Source of the DNA: Eledone cirrhosa | Lineage: Eukaryota | Direction of reading: 5' to 3' | Assembly (NCBI GenBank): GCA_964016885.1 | Contig: OZ024740.1 | Span: 74,152,001 to 74,216,000 of the forward strand | Length of the DNA stretch: 64,000 nucleotides | Shown: piece by piece, positions 13,490-27,082 of the stretch | Layout: the number at the start of each line of letters is the position of its first letter | How positions within the stretch are numbered: the first letter of the stretch is position 1 | Translations under genes and position numbers: made by a program | Notes under the pieces: generated by a model | What the model was told of the DNA's origin: nothing | Seen by the model: the letters and a program-made list of their open reading frames with translations, nothing else | Databases searched by the model: none

Positions 13490-14067
13490 TATCCTGATGT
13501 ATCCATATCTCTCTCTCACTCCCTCTCTCTCTATATATACACACACACACATATATATATATAAATATACATATATAGGTTTCTTATATAGGCACAAGGC
13601 AGTGATTTTGGGGGAGGGGAAAGTCGATTAAATCGACCCCAGTGCGTGACTGGTACATATATATATAGGTATTTAAACAGAAATAACAACAGAATCGGTA
13701 CAGTATATGGAAGGAATATATTAGGTTAATGCTTGAAATACCAGGAAGAGGGTCGTAACGTTTCAGACGCTAGTCCTTCATCAGAAGAAAGAATGAGAAA
13801 TTAGATAGATTGAAGAGACAGGTGTGGTGGAATAGGAAAAGATGTCTTTAGATGAACATAACAGATCCATTGATGTTGCCATCTCTTGGAAAATTATTCA
13901 TGCTGGCATTTTGTGTATGATATATTTTTTTTTAGAAAAGATGGAACGTGACTCACACACACACACACATATATATATATTTACACACACATATATATAT
14001 ATACATATATATATTTACAAACATATATATACATATATATATTTTACAAACATATATATACATACGT

Positions 14068-14400
14068 GGAGGCACATGGCTTACTGGTTAGAGCATTGGC
14101 CTTGCAATCGAAAGGTTGTGAGTTCAATTCTCAGACCGGGTGATGTGTTGTTTCCTTGAGCAAGACACTTTATTTCACATTGCTCCAGTTTACTCAGCTG
14201 TAGAAATGAGATGATAGGGAGTGGGGTCCCTATTATTCCACTGTAAAGTGGATGTGTAGGTGCAAAAAAGCACCCAGCACTCACTGTAAATGAGGTTGGT
14301 GTTAGGAAGGGCATCCAGCTGTAAAAATCAAGCCAGAATCAGTTCCCGTCCCACCCTTGCAAGCAGGGAAAAGCGGATGTAAAATGATGATGATGATGAT
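14068..14400 (+). mobile_element. tRNA-derived SINE, copy 5
   Basis: Full A/B boxes, body and RTE-C-type tail with (GAT)n. Confidence 0.9.
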
Positions 14401-14431
14401 ATATACACATATATATATATATACATATATA

Positions 14432-14469
<38 letters not shown>

Positions 14470-14654
14470 CACATATACATATATGTATTTACACATATAT
14501 ATATATACATGTATATACATACATATATATATACATATATATATTTACACACACATATATATATACATATATATACATATATACATATATATATTTACAC
14601 ACACATATATATACATATATATGTATATAGATTATATATTTACACACACATACA

Positions 14655-14879
14655 TCACCATCATCATCATCATCATTACAGTTTTATGTCGTGTGTCATC
14701 GCCTTTGAGAGGTGTAATTGGGTAAGGTCAGCTTTTATCACCTCATCCCAGGTCTTCTTGGGTCTCCCCACTCCGCGGTTTCCATCGACTTCTAGTGCTC
14801 TGCACCTTTTTATGCAGCTGTCACCCTTCATATGCATCACATGTCCATACCAACACAAACGCCTCTCCTGCACACAGCA
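14655..14879 (-). mobile_element. RTE family B C-terminal fragment
   Basis: Minus-strand [15 protein letters not shown]...[15 protein letters not shown]. Confidence 0.85.
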
Positions 14880-14940
14880 TATATATATATATATAGATTA
14901 TATATTTACACACACACACATACAAATATATATATATATA

Positions 14941-15375
14941 GGCGGATGGCTTAGTGGTTAGAGCATTGGCCTTGTAATCGAAAGGTTGTGAGTTCAATTC
15001 TCAGACCGGGTGATGTGTTGTTTCCTTGAGCAAGACACTTTATTTCACATTGCTCCAGTTTATTCAGCTGTAGAGATGAGATGATAGGATTGGGTTCCCT
15101 ATCATTCCACTGCAAAGTGGTCATGGAGGTGCCACGGCAAGAAATCACCCAGCCCACACTGTAAAGTGGACGTGTAGGCGCGACGGAAAAAAAGTACCCA
15201 GCACACTGTAAATGATGTTAGGAAGGGCATCCAGCTGTAGAAATCAAGCCAGAATCAGTTCCCGTATGAGCAAAACATGGTCAGCTGACCGGACACTGCC
15301 CACAACAGGACAACCCGTCTAACCCATGCTAGCATGGAAGAACGGATGTAAAACAGTGATAATGATGATGATGAT
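14941..15375 (+). mobile_element. tRNA-derived SINE, copy 6, with an RTE family B 3' tail
   Basis: SINE head, but the 3' part (cccgtatgagcaa...acactgcccacaacaggacaacccgtc) matches RTE-B rather than RTE-C. Confidence 0.8.
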
Positions 15376-15391
15376 ATATATGTAGATATAT

Positions 15392-15690
15392 ACAACCCCG
15401 TCCCACTACCCCCACCCCATCCACACCGCCCCTTTCAATGTAAAGTTATGTTGGTACCACAACATCCAGGCCGAAACAAATGAGATCGTGTAGGTGTCAC
15501 GACAAAAAAAAAACACACAGTCCATGCTGTAATGTGGCCGTGTAGGTAACACGGTAAAAACCTCCCAGTTCCACACTGTAAATGTGGTTGGTGTTAGGAA
15601 GGGCATCCAGCCGTAGAAAACCCGCCAGACAGTCCTATGCGAGCAAGACAACCACTCTTGGCTCAAGTGGGAAAACTCCCGTCCAAACCC
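15392..15690 (+). mobile_element. RTE family A 3' UTR fragment
   Basis: Matches 2630-2925; tail missing. Confidence 0.85.
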
Positions 15691-17405
15691 TGCTTGCAAG
15701 GGTGGGACGGGTCTTATTCAGCACAGCATCTCTCCACTCGTCACGGTCCCTCGTCATCTCCACCGTGAGCTTCGATGATCTGAGGTCTGTTCTCACCACC
15801 TCCGCCCATGTTTTTCGTGGTCTACCTCTACCACGTCTTCCTTCAACTGGCATTTCCTGGCACTTCTTCACCCATCGGTCATCCTCCATGCGCATCACAT
15901 GTCCATACCACCTCAGTCTCCTCTCCCGTACACTACATTCTATCCCTCTTAGACACAGTTTCTCTCTCAACACATTCATGCTGGGTCGTTCACGCACATT
16001 TACACTGCACATCCAACGGAGCATGCTTGCCTCCTTTCTCTCCAGCCGTCACATATCCTCTGCAGTTGCTGCCCATGTCTCACTACCATGCAGCATCGCG
16101 CTCCTCACACAGGCATCATACAACCGGCCTTTCGTACGCAGGGAGAAACCCTTCTTCGTCAACAAAGGAAGCAGCTCCCTAAACTTCTTCCAACCCGTCC
16201 TTATTCTAGATACTATGGTCTCGGAACACCCTCCTCCCATGCTAATCTGATCTCCTGGGTACCGGAAGCCACTTCTATAGCGCCCTCTTGCATTTGAAAA
16301 ATATGTCTATCAGTGCGACTTCTACTGTCTAATTTCCCTGTACATCTACTGCATACATATTTCTCCCTACTGTTAGTTTGCCTGCTATCCCGCTACATCT
16401 CTTGTGTACCCAGGATCTGCATTGTGTGCATTTTATAGAATTTATGCCAGTTCATTTTCTGCATATCGAACATGGCCATTTCCCTGACGGAATCAGAGTT
16501 TTGTCCTCTTTTCTACTCATCGACACTTTTGTCTTAGCTAGATTCACTCTCAGTCCTCTTGCTGCCAACTGCTGTTTCCATAGCCAGAATTTATTCTCTA
16601 GCTCCTCTACTGATTCTGCTATAAGAACCAGATCGTCAGCATAGAGAAGTTCCCATGAACAGCCAGTCTTAAACTCCTCTATTATGGCTTGGAGGACTAT
16701 AATGAACAAGAGCGGGCTGAGGACCGAAACTTGATGTACTCCTACTTGTATCTGGAATTCCTCACTAAACTTCATTCCTACCCTGTCTTTACTGAGAGTA
16801 CCTTTGTACAAAGTTTGCACTGTCCTCACAAGCCATTCCTCAACACCTAGCTTCCTTAGGGACCACCAGATGACAGATCATGGTACCCTATCAAAGGCCT
16901 TCTCTAGGTCAACAAAGGCTAAGTATTGTGGCTTATTCTTCTCTAAGAACCTCTCTTGCATTTGTCTCACCAAGAAGAGGGCATCTGTTGTACTCTTCCC
17001 AGGCACAAAACCAAACTGCATCTCATCTAGTTTGACCCTTTCTCTAATTAGTTGTGCTAATATCCTTTCTGCCACTTTCATAACCTGATCCATCAGTTTT
17101 ATACCCCTATAATTGCTCCTCTCCATATATAGCCTGATTGATGATGCGTGCAACCAGTTTAATGCCTACGTCCCCTGATGCCTTCAGCATCTCAGCAACT
17201 ATTCCCGATGGTCCAGCAGCCTTACCATTTTTCATTTCCCTAATCGCCTCTTGGACCCTATATTTGTCAATCTCAATAGCTGGTCCCTCTGTCGGATCTA
17301 CTAAGGGTAATTTCTCTCTCTCCCATTCATTCTCCACATTCATCAGTCTCTCATAATGACATTTCCAGGCCTCCTTTTTCTGATCATTCGTGACACTAAG
17401 TACAC

Positions 17406-17409
<4 letters not shown>
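15688..17409 (-). mobile_element. RTE LINE family C, 5'-truncated and frameshifted RT
   Basis: [58 protein letters not shown]. Confidence 0.92.
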
Positions 17410-17460
<51 letters not shown>

Positions 17461-17500
17461 TATATGTGTATATATACATATATATATGTGTATATATATG

Positions 17501-17588
<88 letters not shown>

Positions 17589-17631
17589 CATATATATACA
17601 CATATATATACATATATATACATATATATAC

Positions 17632-17684
<53 letters not shown>

Positions 17685-17712
17685 CATATATATACATATA
17701 TACATATATACA
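17408..17712. repeat. (TA)n/(TACA) microsatellite
   Basis: Direct inspection. Confidence 0.97.
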
Positions 17713-19607
17713 ACCCCCCCCCCCCCGTACAGAATGGGGTTGTTCCGAAGGACTGGCATAGCAGCATCATCGTTAACTGTTATAAGGGTAAAGGAGACGC
17801 CCTAGATAGGAGTAACTATAGAGGCATTAAATTAATCGACCAGGTCATGAAGGTCACGGAAAAAGTAATAGCGCAACTAATCAGAGAGAGAATTGACCTA
17901 GATGAAATGCAGTTCGGGTTTGTGTCAGGCAAAAGCACCACAGACGCCCTTTTCATAGTATGACAACTACAGGAGAAGTACCTAGCTAAAGGTAGACCCC
18001 TCTACTTAGCTTTTGTCGACCTGGAGAAAGCCTTCGACAGAGTCCCCCGCTCCATTATCTGGTGGGCTCTTAGAAAACTAGGCGTTGACGAATGGCTTGT
18101 GAGGGCTATACAAGCCATGTATAAAGAAACAGTCAGCAAGGTTAGAATTAACAACGAATATAGTGAAGAGTTTAGCGTAAAAGTTGGCGTCCATCAGGGC
18201 TCTGTTCTCAGCCCCCTACTATTTATTATTGCCCTTCAGGCTATAACAGAGGAGTTCAAGACAGGCTGCCCATGGGAACTCCTATACGCAGACGACCTGA
18301 CACTCATAGCGGAATCAATGGCCGAGCTAGAGAAGAAATTCCAAACATGGAAGCACGGCCTAGAGTCAAAAGGACTTAAAATTAACCTGGCTAAGACCAA
18401 AGTTCTAGTTTGTAGGAAAGAAAACAAGGCGGCGGTCCCTTCTGGGAAATGGTCGTGCTCGGTGTGTAGGAAAGGCGTAGGTAGAAACTCCATTTTATGT
18501 CCTAAATGCAAAGTATGGGTGCATAAAAGATGTAGTGGGATCACAGGTAAGCTAACTAAGAACATAGATTTTACATGTGGCCGGTGTTCTGGTGCAATAA
18601 GTAGCAGCAAGTGCCCACAAAATACTAGCTCTTTCAATTGCGCAGGGGGTTCTATAGAAATAGTGGACAGCTTCCGTTACCTGGGCGATAAAATCAGCAG
18701 TGGGGGAGGGTGCTCTGAAAGTACAGTATCTAGAGTCAGAACTGGATGGAAAAAGTTCAGAGAGCTTATACCACTATTAGCTGCTAAAGGGTTCTCCCTA
18801 AAAATGAAAGGCAGGTTGTACGATGCCTGCATACGAACAGCAATGTTGCATGGTAGTGAGACCTGGGCATTGTGTGCAGAGGATATACGCAGACTAGAGA
18901 GGAACGAAGCTTGCATGCTCCGCTGGATGTGTAACAGTAATATACGTGAACGGCAAAGCATAAACGAACTAAGGAAAAAATTAGAGATAAGAGGGATCAG
19001 ATGTTGTTTACTCGAGAGAAGGCTGCGTTGGTATGGACACGTGATGCGCATGAAAGTTGATAGCTGTATAACAAAGTGCAGGGCAATAAAGATAGACGGT
19101 AGCCACGGAATAGGCAGACCTAGAAAAACATGGGATGAGCTGATAAACTCCGACCTCACACACTTACATCTCTCCAAGACAATGTCACTGGACCGAGACC
19201 TTTGGCGGTACTCAGTAACAGAGAAGACCCGCCTTGCCAGTAGGCATCTCTAACAAAATACACCCCATCCCGCCACCACCCCCACCCCATCCACACCACC
19301 CCGTTCTATGTAAAGTTATGTTGGTGCCGCGCCATCCAGGCCGAAACAAATGAGATCGTGTAGGTGTCACGACAAAAAAACACACAGTCCACGCTGTAAT
19401 GTGGCCGTGTAGGCAACACGGTAAAAACCTCCCAGACCCACACTGTAAATGTGGTTGGTGTTAGGAAGGGCATCCAACTGTAGAAAACCTGCCAGACAGT
19501 CCTATGCGAGCAAGACAATCACTCTTGCCTCAAGTGGGACTACCCCCGTCCAAACCCATGCAAGCGTGGAACACGGACGTTAAACGTTGATGATGATGAT
19601 GATGATG

Positions 19608-19608
<1 letters not shown>
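17713..19608 (+). mobile_element. RTE LINE family A, 5'-truncated RT
   Basis: [18 protein letters not shown], stop at 17961 (probably CGA>TGA), [14 protein letters not shown], a Cys-rich PHD-like insert (CSVC..CPKC..H..C..CGRC) and a (GAT)n tail. Confidence 0.95.
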
Positions 19609-20350
<742 letters not shown>

Positions 20351-20355
<5 letters not shown>

Positions 20356-20870
20356 ATACTTTGGGAGGGTCAATAAATGAAAACACACACAGGACAAAAT
20401 GAAAACACACACACACACATAGAACAAACAACCAACCAACAATAAATAAATAAATAAATAAATAAACAAATAGATAAATGAACACAAACACACACAGACA
20501 CCCGGATGTGGCGCATGCGCAAACCGAGCACACAACACACAGAAACAAAATGGCGTAGGATAGAAGAAAGGAAAGGCACAGAAACAAAGAAAGGAATCCC
20601 CAGTCACTGAAGAGGTCACAGAGTGTGTGACGAAAGGACTATGACTATATATAAACAACTATCTGGTTGTGGAACCAACCAACCAACCAGAAATTTATAA
20701 GTTTGTAGATTTGTAAATTTATAAATTTATAAATATATAATAAATTGAAGTGAAAGCAACTGGTGCGTGTGTTTCTTATTGGCAACATGACCCTCCCAAA
20801 GTATAACAATATCGGTTTCAACACACGATTTCAGATAAAGAATCTTGCTAAACAAATTCAGAAACGAAAT
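20351..20870 (+). mobile_element. Non-autonomous pLTR-like element with HHR, 22-bp inverted end and ~60-bp tail
   Basis: ttgttatactttgggagggtca (20351) is the reverse complement of 20788-20809; a second copy lies inverted at 60726-61130. Confidence 0.75.
20602..20646 (+). ncRNA. Minimal type I hammerhead
   Basis: agtca-CTGAAGA-g-gtcaca-gagtg-tgtgac-GAAAG-ga-CTA-tgact. Confidence 0.8.
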
Positions 20871-20898
20871 ATATATATATAGATATATATATATATAG

Positions 20899-20931
<33 letters not shown>

Positions 20932-20951
20932 CATATATACATATATATACA

Positions 20952-21011
<60 letters not shown>

Positions 21012-21017
21012 CATATA

Positions 21018-21155
<138 letters not shown>

Positions 21156-21199
21156 CTTATTTACATATACATATATATTTATATATACATATATATATA

Positions 21200-21330
21200 T
21201 CATCATCATCATCATCATCACCGTTTTACGTCCGTTCTTCCACGCTAGCATGGGTTAGACGAGTTGTCCTGTTGTGGGCAGTGTCTGGTCGGCTGACCAT
21301 GCCTTGCTCATACAGGAACTGATTTGGCTT
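21200..21330 (-). mobile_element. RTE family B 3' end fragment
   Basis: (CAT)n-caccgttttacgtccgttcttccacgctagc. Confidence 0.85.
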
Positions 21331-21347
21331 ATATATACATATATATT

Positions 21348-21381
<34 letters not shown>

Positions 21382-21391
21382 CATATATATT

Positions 21392-21427
<36 letters not shown>

Positions 21428-21505
21428 CATATATATTTATATATATATATACATATATATTTATATATATATATACATATATATTTATATATATATATAT
21501 ACACA

Positions 21506-21557
<52 letters not shown>

Positions 21558-21570
21558 CATATATATACAT

Positions 21571-22280
21571 AGGCCTCTGGGATGTGTAATAGTAATATAC
21601 GTGAACGGCAAAGCATAAACGTACTAAGGGAGATATTAGAAATAAGAGGGATCAGATGTTGTTTACTCGAAAGACTACGTTGGTATGGTCACGTGATGCG
21701 CATGAAAGACGACAGCTGTATAAAAAAGTGCAGGGCAATAAAAATAGACGGTAGCCACGGAGTAGGCAGACCCAGAAAAACTTGGGATGACTCGATAAAT
21801 TCCGACCTCACACACTTACACCTCTCCAAGACAATGTCACTGGACCGAGAGCTTTGGCGCTACACAGTAATAGAGAAGACCCGCCTTACCTAAGTACAAA
21901 GTGAAACCTAGTACAGTCAGTAGGCACCTCTAACAAAATACACCCCCGTCCCACTACCCCCACCCCATCCACACCACCCCTTTCAAAGTAAAGTTATGTT
22001 GGTGTCACAACATCCAGTCCGAAACAAATGAGGTCGTGGATGTGTCACGACAAAAAAAACACACAGTCCACGCTGTAATGTGTCCGTGTAGGCAACACGG
22101 TAAAAACCTCCCAGTTCCACACTGTAAATGTGGTTTGTGTTAGGAAGGGCATCCAGCCGTAGAAACCCGCCAGACAGTCCTATGCGAGCAAGAAAACCAC
22201 TCTTGCCTCAAGTGGGAAAACTCCCGTCCAAACCCATGCAAGCGTGGAATATGGACGTTAAACGATGATGATGATGATGA
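21571..22280 (+). mobile_element. 5'-truncated RTE family A
   Basis: [11 protein letters not shown]...RLRWYGHV...RPRKTW, then the 3' UTR and (GAT)n. Confidence 0.92.
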
Positions 22281-22546
22281 TATACATATATACATATATA
22301 TATATACATATATATATATACATATATACAGTATTTACATATCGAGAAAGAGAAAAAAAGGGGAGGATAGGTGATACATATAGTTATATGTCAAGTAGCG
22401 TATGCCAAAGGTGCTCGATACTAGTGCCGGCAATATTAAATATTCGAAGTGTTAATATTTAGTGGGCTAGAGAGTTAGCAGAGCGTAAGCATGTGGGAAA
22501 GTAAAATATCGGAGAATAGACCGTTAAAACATGTTTACTTAAAACA

Positions 22547-22586
22547 GCACCTACATACGTTTCGCCCAGTTGGGCTTCTCAAGGGC
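22547..22586 (-). ncRNA. Minimal type I hammerhead, U3-A8 variant, within a ~430-bp insert (22330-22760)
   Basis: Minus strand: gccc-TTGAGAA-gccc-aact-gggc-GAAAC-gtat-GTA-ggtgc. Confidence 0.7.
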
Positions 22587-23311
22587 ATAAATAATCACAA
22601 GTGTTCCTTATATTGCTCGGAAAGAGTTTTGGGGGTTAAATCCACATCAAGGTTCATTGCTCGCAGAAATATCTTGTTTTGATTTTGCAGCAGGTCAAGG
22701 GAGGTAACTCTGGCCGGTGTTAGGGCAGTCTTTCCCGGACAATTTTTTTATTTTTTTATATATATATATATACACATAAATATATATATATATTCATATA
22801 GATAACACTAGGTCACTCGTTAATAATCTCTCTAATCGCAATTGCAATTGCCCTGCTAAAAATAAATGTCCTCTCAACAACCATTGTCTTGATAAAAACT
22901 TAATTTACGAACGTAAAGTTATAACTGACAACAATTCCTTCACCTATTTTGGCTCCACTTCCACCTCCTTTAAAGCTCGTCTTTATAATCATCATTCGTC
23001 TTTTAAATATAAACTTAAAAGAACCAACACGGCTCTCTCAGAACTCATATGGTCCTTGAAAGACAAAAATATTAAATATAACATCTCTTGGAAAAAGGTT
23101 TCCTCTGCTTCTTCATACTTGAACAGTTCTCTATCCAAGACTTGCAATCTCTGTCTAAATGAAACATTTACCATTATATCTAATTTAGATTCTATAATAA
23201 ATAGACGCACTGACTTGTTTTCTATCTGCTTGCATAAATTCCACAGAACTTTCCATAAAGTATACAGCTAATATCCTAAACTTTATCAATTCAGAATCCT
23301 TTTCTCAAAGG

Positions 23312-23360
<49 letters not shown>

Positions 23361-23706
23361 TTCTTTAAAAATATACCCATCTTTCTACCTTATTTCAAAG
23401 TTATTTATTATATTCTATATCACTCCTATTCATCACTTCCCTTTCTTCCTTTTCCTTTTCTTTTCTTTTTCTTTTGATTTCTAACCCCTAATCTGTACCT
23501 TTTCTCACTATGCCTAACATAGAAACTATTACACAATACACTATATTCTTACTTTATATCACCTTGAAAAAATCCTTCGTAAACATAAACATTTTTTTTT
23601 ACGTTAGATTATTCATCCTCTATTCATTATTTTTTTCTCACTTTCATCTAACTTATTCATGCTCATCTCACAATATACCCTTACTTACATTACTTTTGTT
23701 TTTTTA

Positions 23707-23880
23707 ATAATACATATCAACATTTTCTTTCCATCGCACATATTATTAAACCCTTAAATATTATTCTTAATACATATTAACATTTTCTTTCCATCGCACA
23801 TGTTATTAAACCCTTAAATATTATTCTTAATACATATTAACATTTTCTTTTCATCGCACATATTATTAAAGCCTTCAATA
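23707..23880 (+). repeat. Tandem repeat, ~3 x 61 bp, in the Penelope 3' UTR
   Basis: taatacatat(c/t)aacattttctttccatcgcaca..ttattaaa occurs three times. Confidence 0.85.
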
Positions 23881-24235
23881 TACAAACCTTAACTTTACAT
23901 TATTTTTCTCTTCATAAATTTTCTAATTCTTTTAATTTATACATTATCTTCCAACGGTTTTTCAACCTCTCCATGTAAAACAATATATTTTTCTCAGTTA
24001 TAAAAGCTATCTCTCTCTCTCTATCATCCATCTCTCCTCCTAACTCATCCTTCCTCATTATACTCCTCCCCCTCCACTTTTTACTCTCATCTCCTCCTCT
24101 TTTTCATCCTTTCCACCCACCCCCCGCAAAAAAATGTTTTCCCCAATATCACACATCGATCTAAAACTACTTTTCATATGTTGATTTAAAACTGCACTAT
24201 CCACAAGTGTTTTTAACCTTCATATCATGTCCTCC

Positions 24236-24306
24236 TATTTTATCTGATGAAAACACAAATGTTATTGCATGATGATATTTGTTTTTGAAATGCGCATAAT
24301 AAAATA
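24236..24306 (+). ncRNA. Type I hammerhead
   Basis: tattttat-CTGATGA-aaacacaaatgttatt-gcat-gatgatatttgttttt-GAAAT-gcgc-ATA-ataaaata; 8-bp stem I and palindromic ATGCGCAT in stem/loop III. Confidence 0.88.
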
Positions 24307-24336
24307 CATGGAACTCATTTAACCATCTTTTGATCT

Positions 24337-24386
<50 letters not shown>

Positions 24387-24389
24387 ATG

Positions 24390-24431
<42 letters not shown>

Positions 24432-24454
24432 CATATACATATATATATGCATAT

Positions 24455-24488
<34 letters not shown>

Positions 24489-24492
24489 ATGC

Positions 24493-24524
<32 letters not shown>

Positions 24525-24586
24525 ATGCATATATATATATATATATATACATGTACATATATATATGCATATATATATATATATGC

Positions 24587-24618
<32 letters not shown>

Positions 24619-24642
24619 ATGCATATATATATATACATATGC

Positions 24643-24674
<32 letters not shown>

Positions 24675-24728
24675 ATACACATATATATATATATATGCAT
24701 ATATATATATATATGCATATATATATAT

Positions 24729-25272
24729 ATAAAATATTAAACAAATAATGAATAAAACATTTCCTTATATTAAACAAAAAAAGTTCATTATTTAACGATC
24801 GTTTCTAGGGTACACATGTGTTATAAATGGTATGCATATTCAACAGATCTATGTACAAAATTATACAAAATTATACAAATTATCAAGATTAAATATACAT
24901 ACCTAACACATATATACGCCGTCTTCAGAAATAATTTATTTCTGAAGACGGCGTATATATGTGTTAGGTATGTATATTTAATCTTGATAATTTGTATAAT
25001 TTTGTATAATTTTGTACATAGATCTGTTGAATATGCATACCATTTATAACACATGTGTACCCTAGAAACGATCGTTAAATAATGAACTTTTTTTTGTTTA
25101 ATATAAGGAAATGTTTTATTCATTATTTGTTTAATATTTTATCTTGACTCTGTATACCGTTTATCTTTCACCGAAAGTGGATTTTCATTACATCTCTTCT
25201 TTCCATGATATCCGGAATACATTGAGTTCTTCATACGGATTGGACACTACCGTAAACTCTTGGTAGATTTAT
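24729..25272. repeat. Near-perfect 414-bp palindrome plus ~130-bp tail
   Basis: Arms 24729-24934 and 24936-25142, 1-nt spacer; one A-run indel seen. Confidence 0.95.
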
Positions 25273-25300
25273 CTACATATATATATATATATACATATGC

Positions 25301-25331
<31 letters not shown>

Positions 25332-25348
25332 CATATATATATACACAT

Positions 25349-25487
<139 letters not shown>

Positions 25488-25564
25488 CATATATATATAT
25501 GTAAGTATGTATGTATACGTACATACATATATGTATACAGACGTACAGTAGCATGCATATATAC

Positions 25565-25621
<57 letters not shown>

Positions 25622-25774
25622 CATACAGGTACACATACATATATGCACGCATCAGTTTAGCGGACGCTTATTATAACGCCGCTTTGTTCGTTTGTAAACA
25701 AACTGAACAGCCTGAATTTATGCCATACGGTGTTAAGGCAACCACGTCACCTTTTTGTTCAACACTGACACAGG

Positions 25775-25819
25775 AACGATGTACTAGTTTCAAGCTTGTT
25801 AGCTATCATCAGCACCGTT
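25775..25819 (-). ncRNA. Minimal type I hammerhead (inverted monomer)
   Basis: Reverse complement of 26324-26368. Confidence 0.85.
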
Positions 25820-26011
25820 TACCCATCTGGCAGATAGTTGAACGTTCGAAAGTATATACTTTCCTTATGAAAATTAACGGCTGAGCAGCCTAATTTGCAT
25901 ATTGAGTGAGCATAAATTCAGGCTGTTCAGTTTGTTTACAAACGAACAAAGCGGCGTTATAATAAGCGTCCGCTAAACTGATGCGTGCATATATGTATGT
26001 GTACCTGTATG

Positions 26012-26070
<59 letters not shown>

Positions 26071-26242
26071 GTATATATGCATGCTACTGTACGTCTGTAT
26101 ACATATATGTATGTACGTATACATACATACTTACATTTAAGTAAGTGCCATACTAAGAGTGAGAAATGAAATTTCGTTTTCATTTTTTTTTTTTTTTCAA
26201 CTTATCGTTTTCGGTATGCCTGACCGATGTAACTCACTCAAT

Positions 26243-26290
26243 ATGCAAATTAGGCTGCTCAGCCGTTAATTTTCATAAGGAAAGTATATA
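26243..26290 (+). promoter_or_regulatory. Candidate snRNA-type (type 3 Pol III) promoter in the monomer
   Basis: Octamer ATGCAAAT at 26243-26250 and TATATA at 26285-26290; repeated at ~26747-26794. Confidence 0.4.
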
Positions 26291-26323
26291 CTTTCGAACG
26301 TTCAACTATCTGCCAGATGGGTA

Positions 26324-26368
26324 AACGGTGCTGATGATAGCTAACAAGCTTGAAACTAGTACATCGTT
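26324..26368 (+). ncRNA. Minimal type I hammerhead
   Basis: aacggtg-CTGATGA-t-agct-aaca-agct-t-GAAAC-ta-GTA-catcgtt; predicted cleavage after 26361. Confidence 0.88.
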
Positions 26369-26521
26369 CCTGTGTCAGTGTTGAACAAAAAGGTGACGTG
26401 GTTGCCTTAACACCGTATGGCATAAATTCAGGCTGTTCAGTTTGTTTACAAACGAACAAAGCGGCGTTATAATAAGCGTCCGCTAAACTGATGCGTGCAT
26501 ATATGTATGTGTACCTGTATG

Positions 26522-26578
<57 letters not shown>

Positions 26579-26684
26579 GTATATATGCATGCTACTGTAC
26601 GTCTGTATACATATATGTATGTACGTATACATACATACTTACATTTAAGTAAGTGCCATACTAAGAGTGAGAAATGAAATTTCG

Positions 26685-26701
26685 TTTTCATTTTTTTTTT
26701 T
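26685..26701 (+). terminator. Candidate Pol III poly-T terminator
   Basis: First run of 4 or more T downstream of the TATA box (TTTTCA-T11); the equivalent run lies at the array's 3' end (27195-27206). Confidence 0.4.
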
Positions 26702-26827
26702 CAACTTATCGTTTTCGGTATGCCTGACCGATGTAACTCACTCAATATGCAAATTAGGCTGCTCAGCCGTTAATTTTCATAAGGAAAGTATATACTTTCG
26801 AACGTTCAACTATCTGCCAGATGGGTA

Positions 26828-26872
26828 AACGGTGCTGATGATAGCTAACAAGCTTGAAACTAGTACATCGTT
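26828..26872 (+). ncRNA. Minimal type I hammerhead
   Basis: Identical to 26324-26368; predicted cleavage after 26865, 504 nt from the previous site. Confidence 0.88.
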
Positions 26873-27025
26873 CCTGTGTCAGTGTTGAACAAAAAGGTGA
26901 CGTGGTTGCCTTAACACCGTATGGCATAAATTCAGGCTGTTCAGTTTGTTTACAAACGAACAAAGCGGCGTTATAATAAGCGTCCGCTAAACTGATGCGT
27001 GCATATATGTATGTGTACCTGTATG

Positions 27026-27082
<57 letters not shown>

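Larger units (their letters stand above)
22800..24345 (+). mobile_element. Penelope-like element 3, 5'-truncated: GIY-YIG pseudogene + 3' UTR + HHR pLTR
   Basis: NCNC..KCPLNNHCL..LIY..YFGST..FKARLYNH, then TALSELIWSLK..CNLCLNE..N.R..CLH (to 23271); HHR at the 3' end. Confidence 0.85.

Noticed and set aside
13752-13788. Hammerhead-like CTGATGAA-ggac-tagc-gtct-GAAAC on the minus strand
   Set aside because: Core and stem II are present but no stem I partner follows the putative site; probably a decayed HHR, so not counted.
20351-20809. MITE or DNA transposon with 22-bp terminal inverted repeats
   Set aside because: The second copy has only one such end, a tail extends past the repeat and an HHR is present; this fits a Penelope-type inverted pLTR better.
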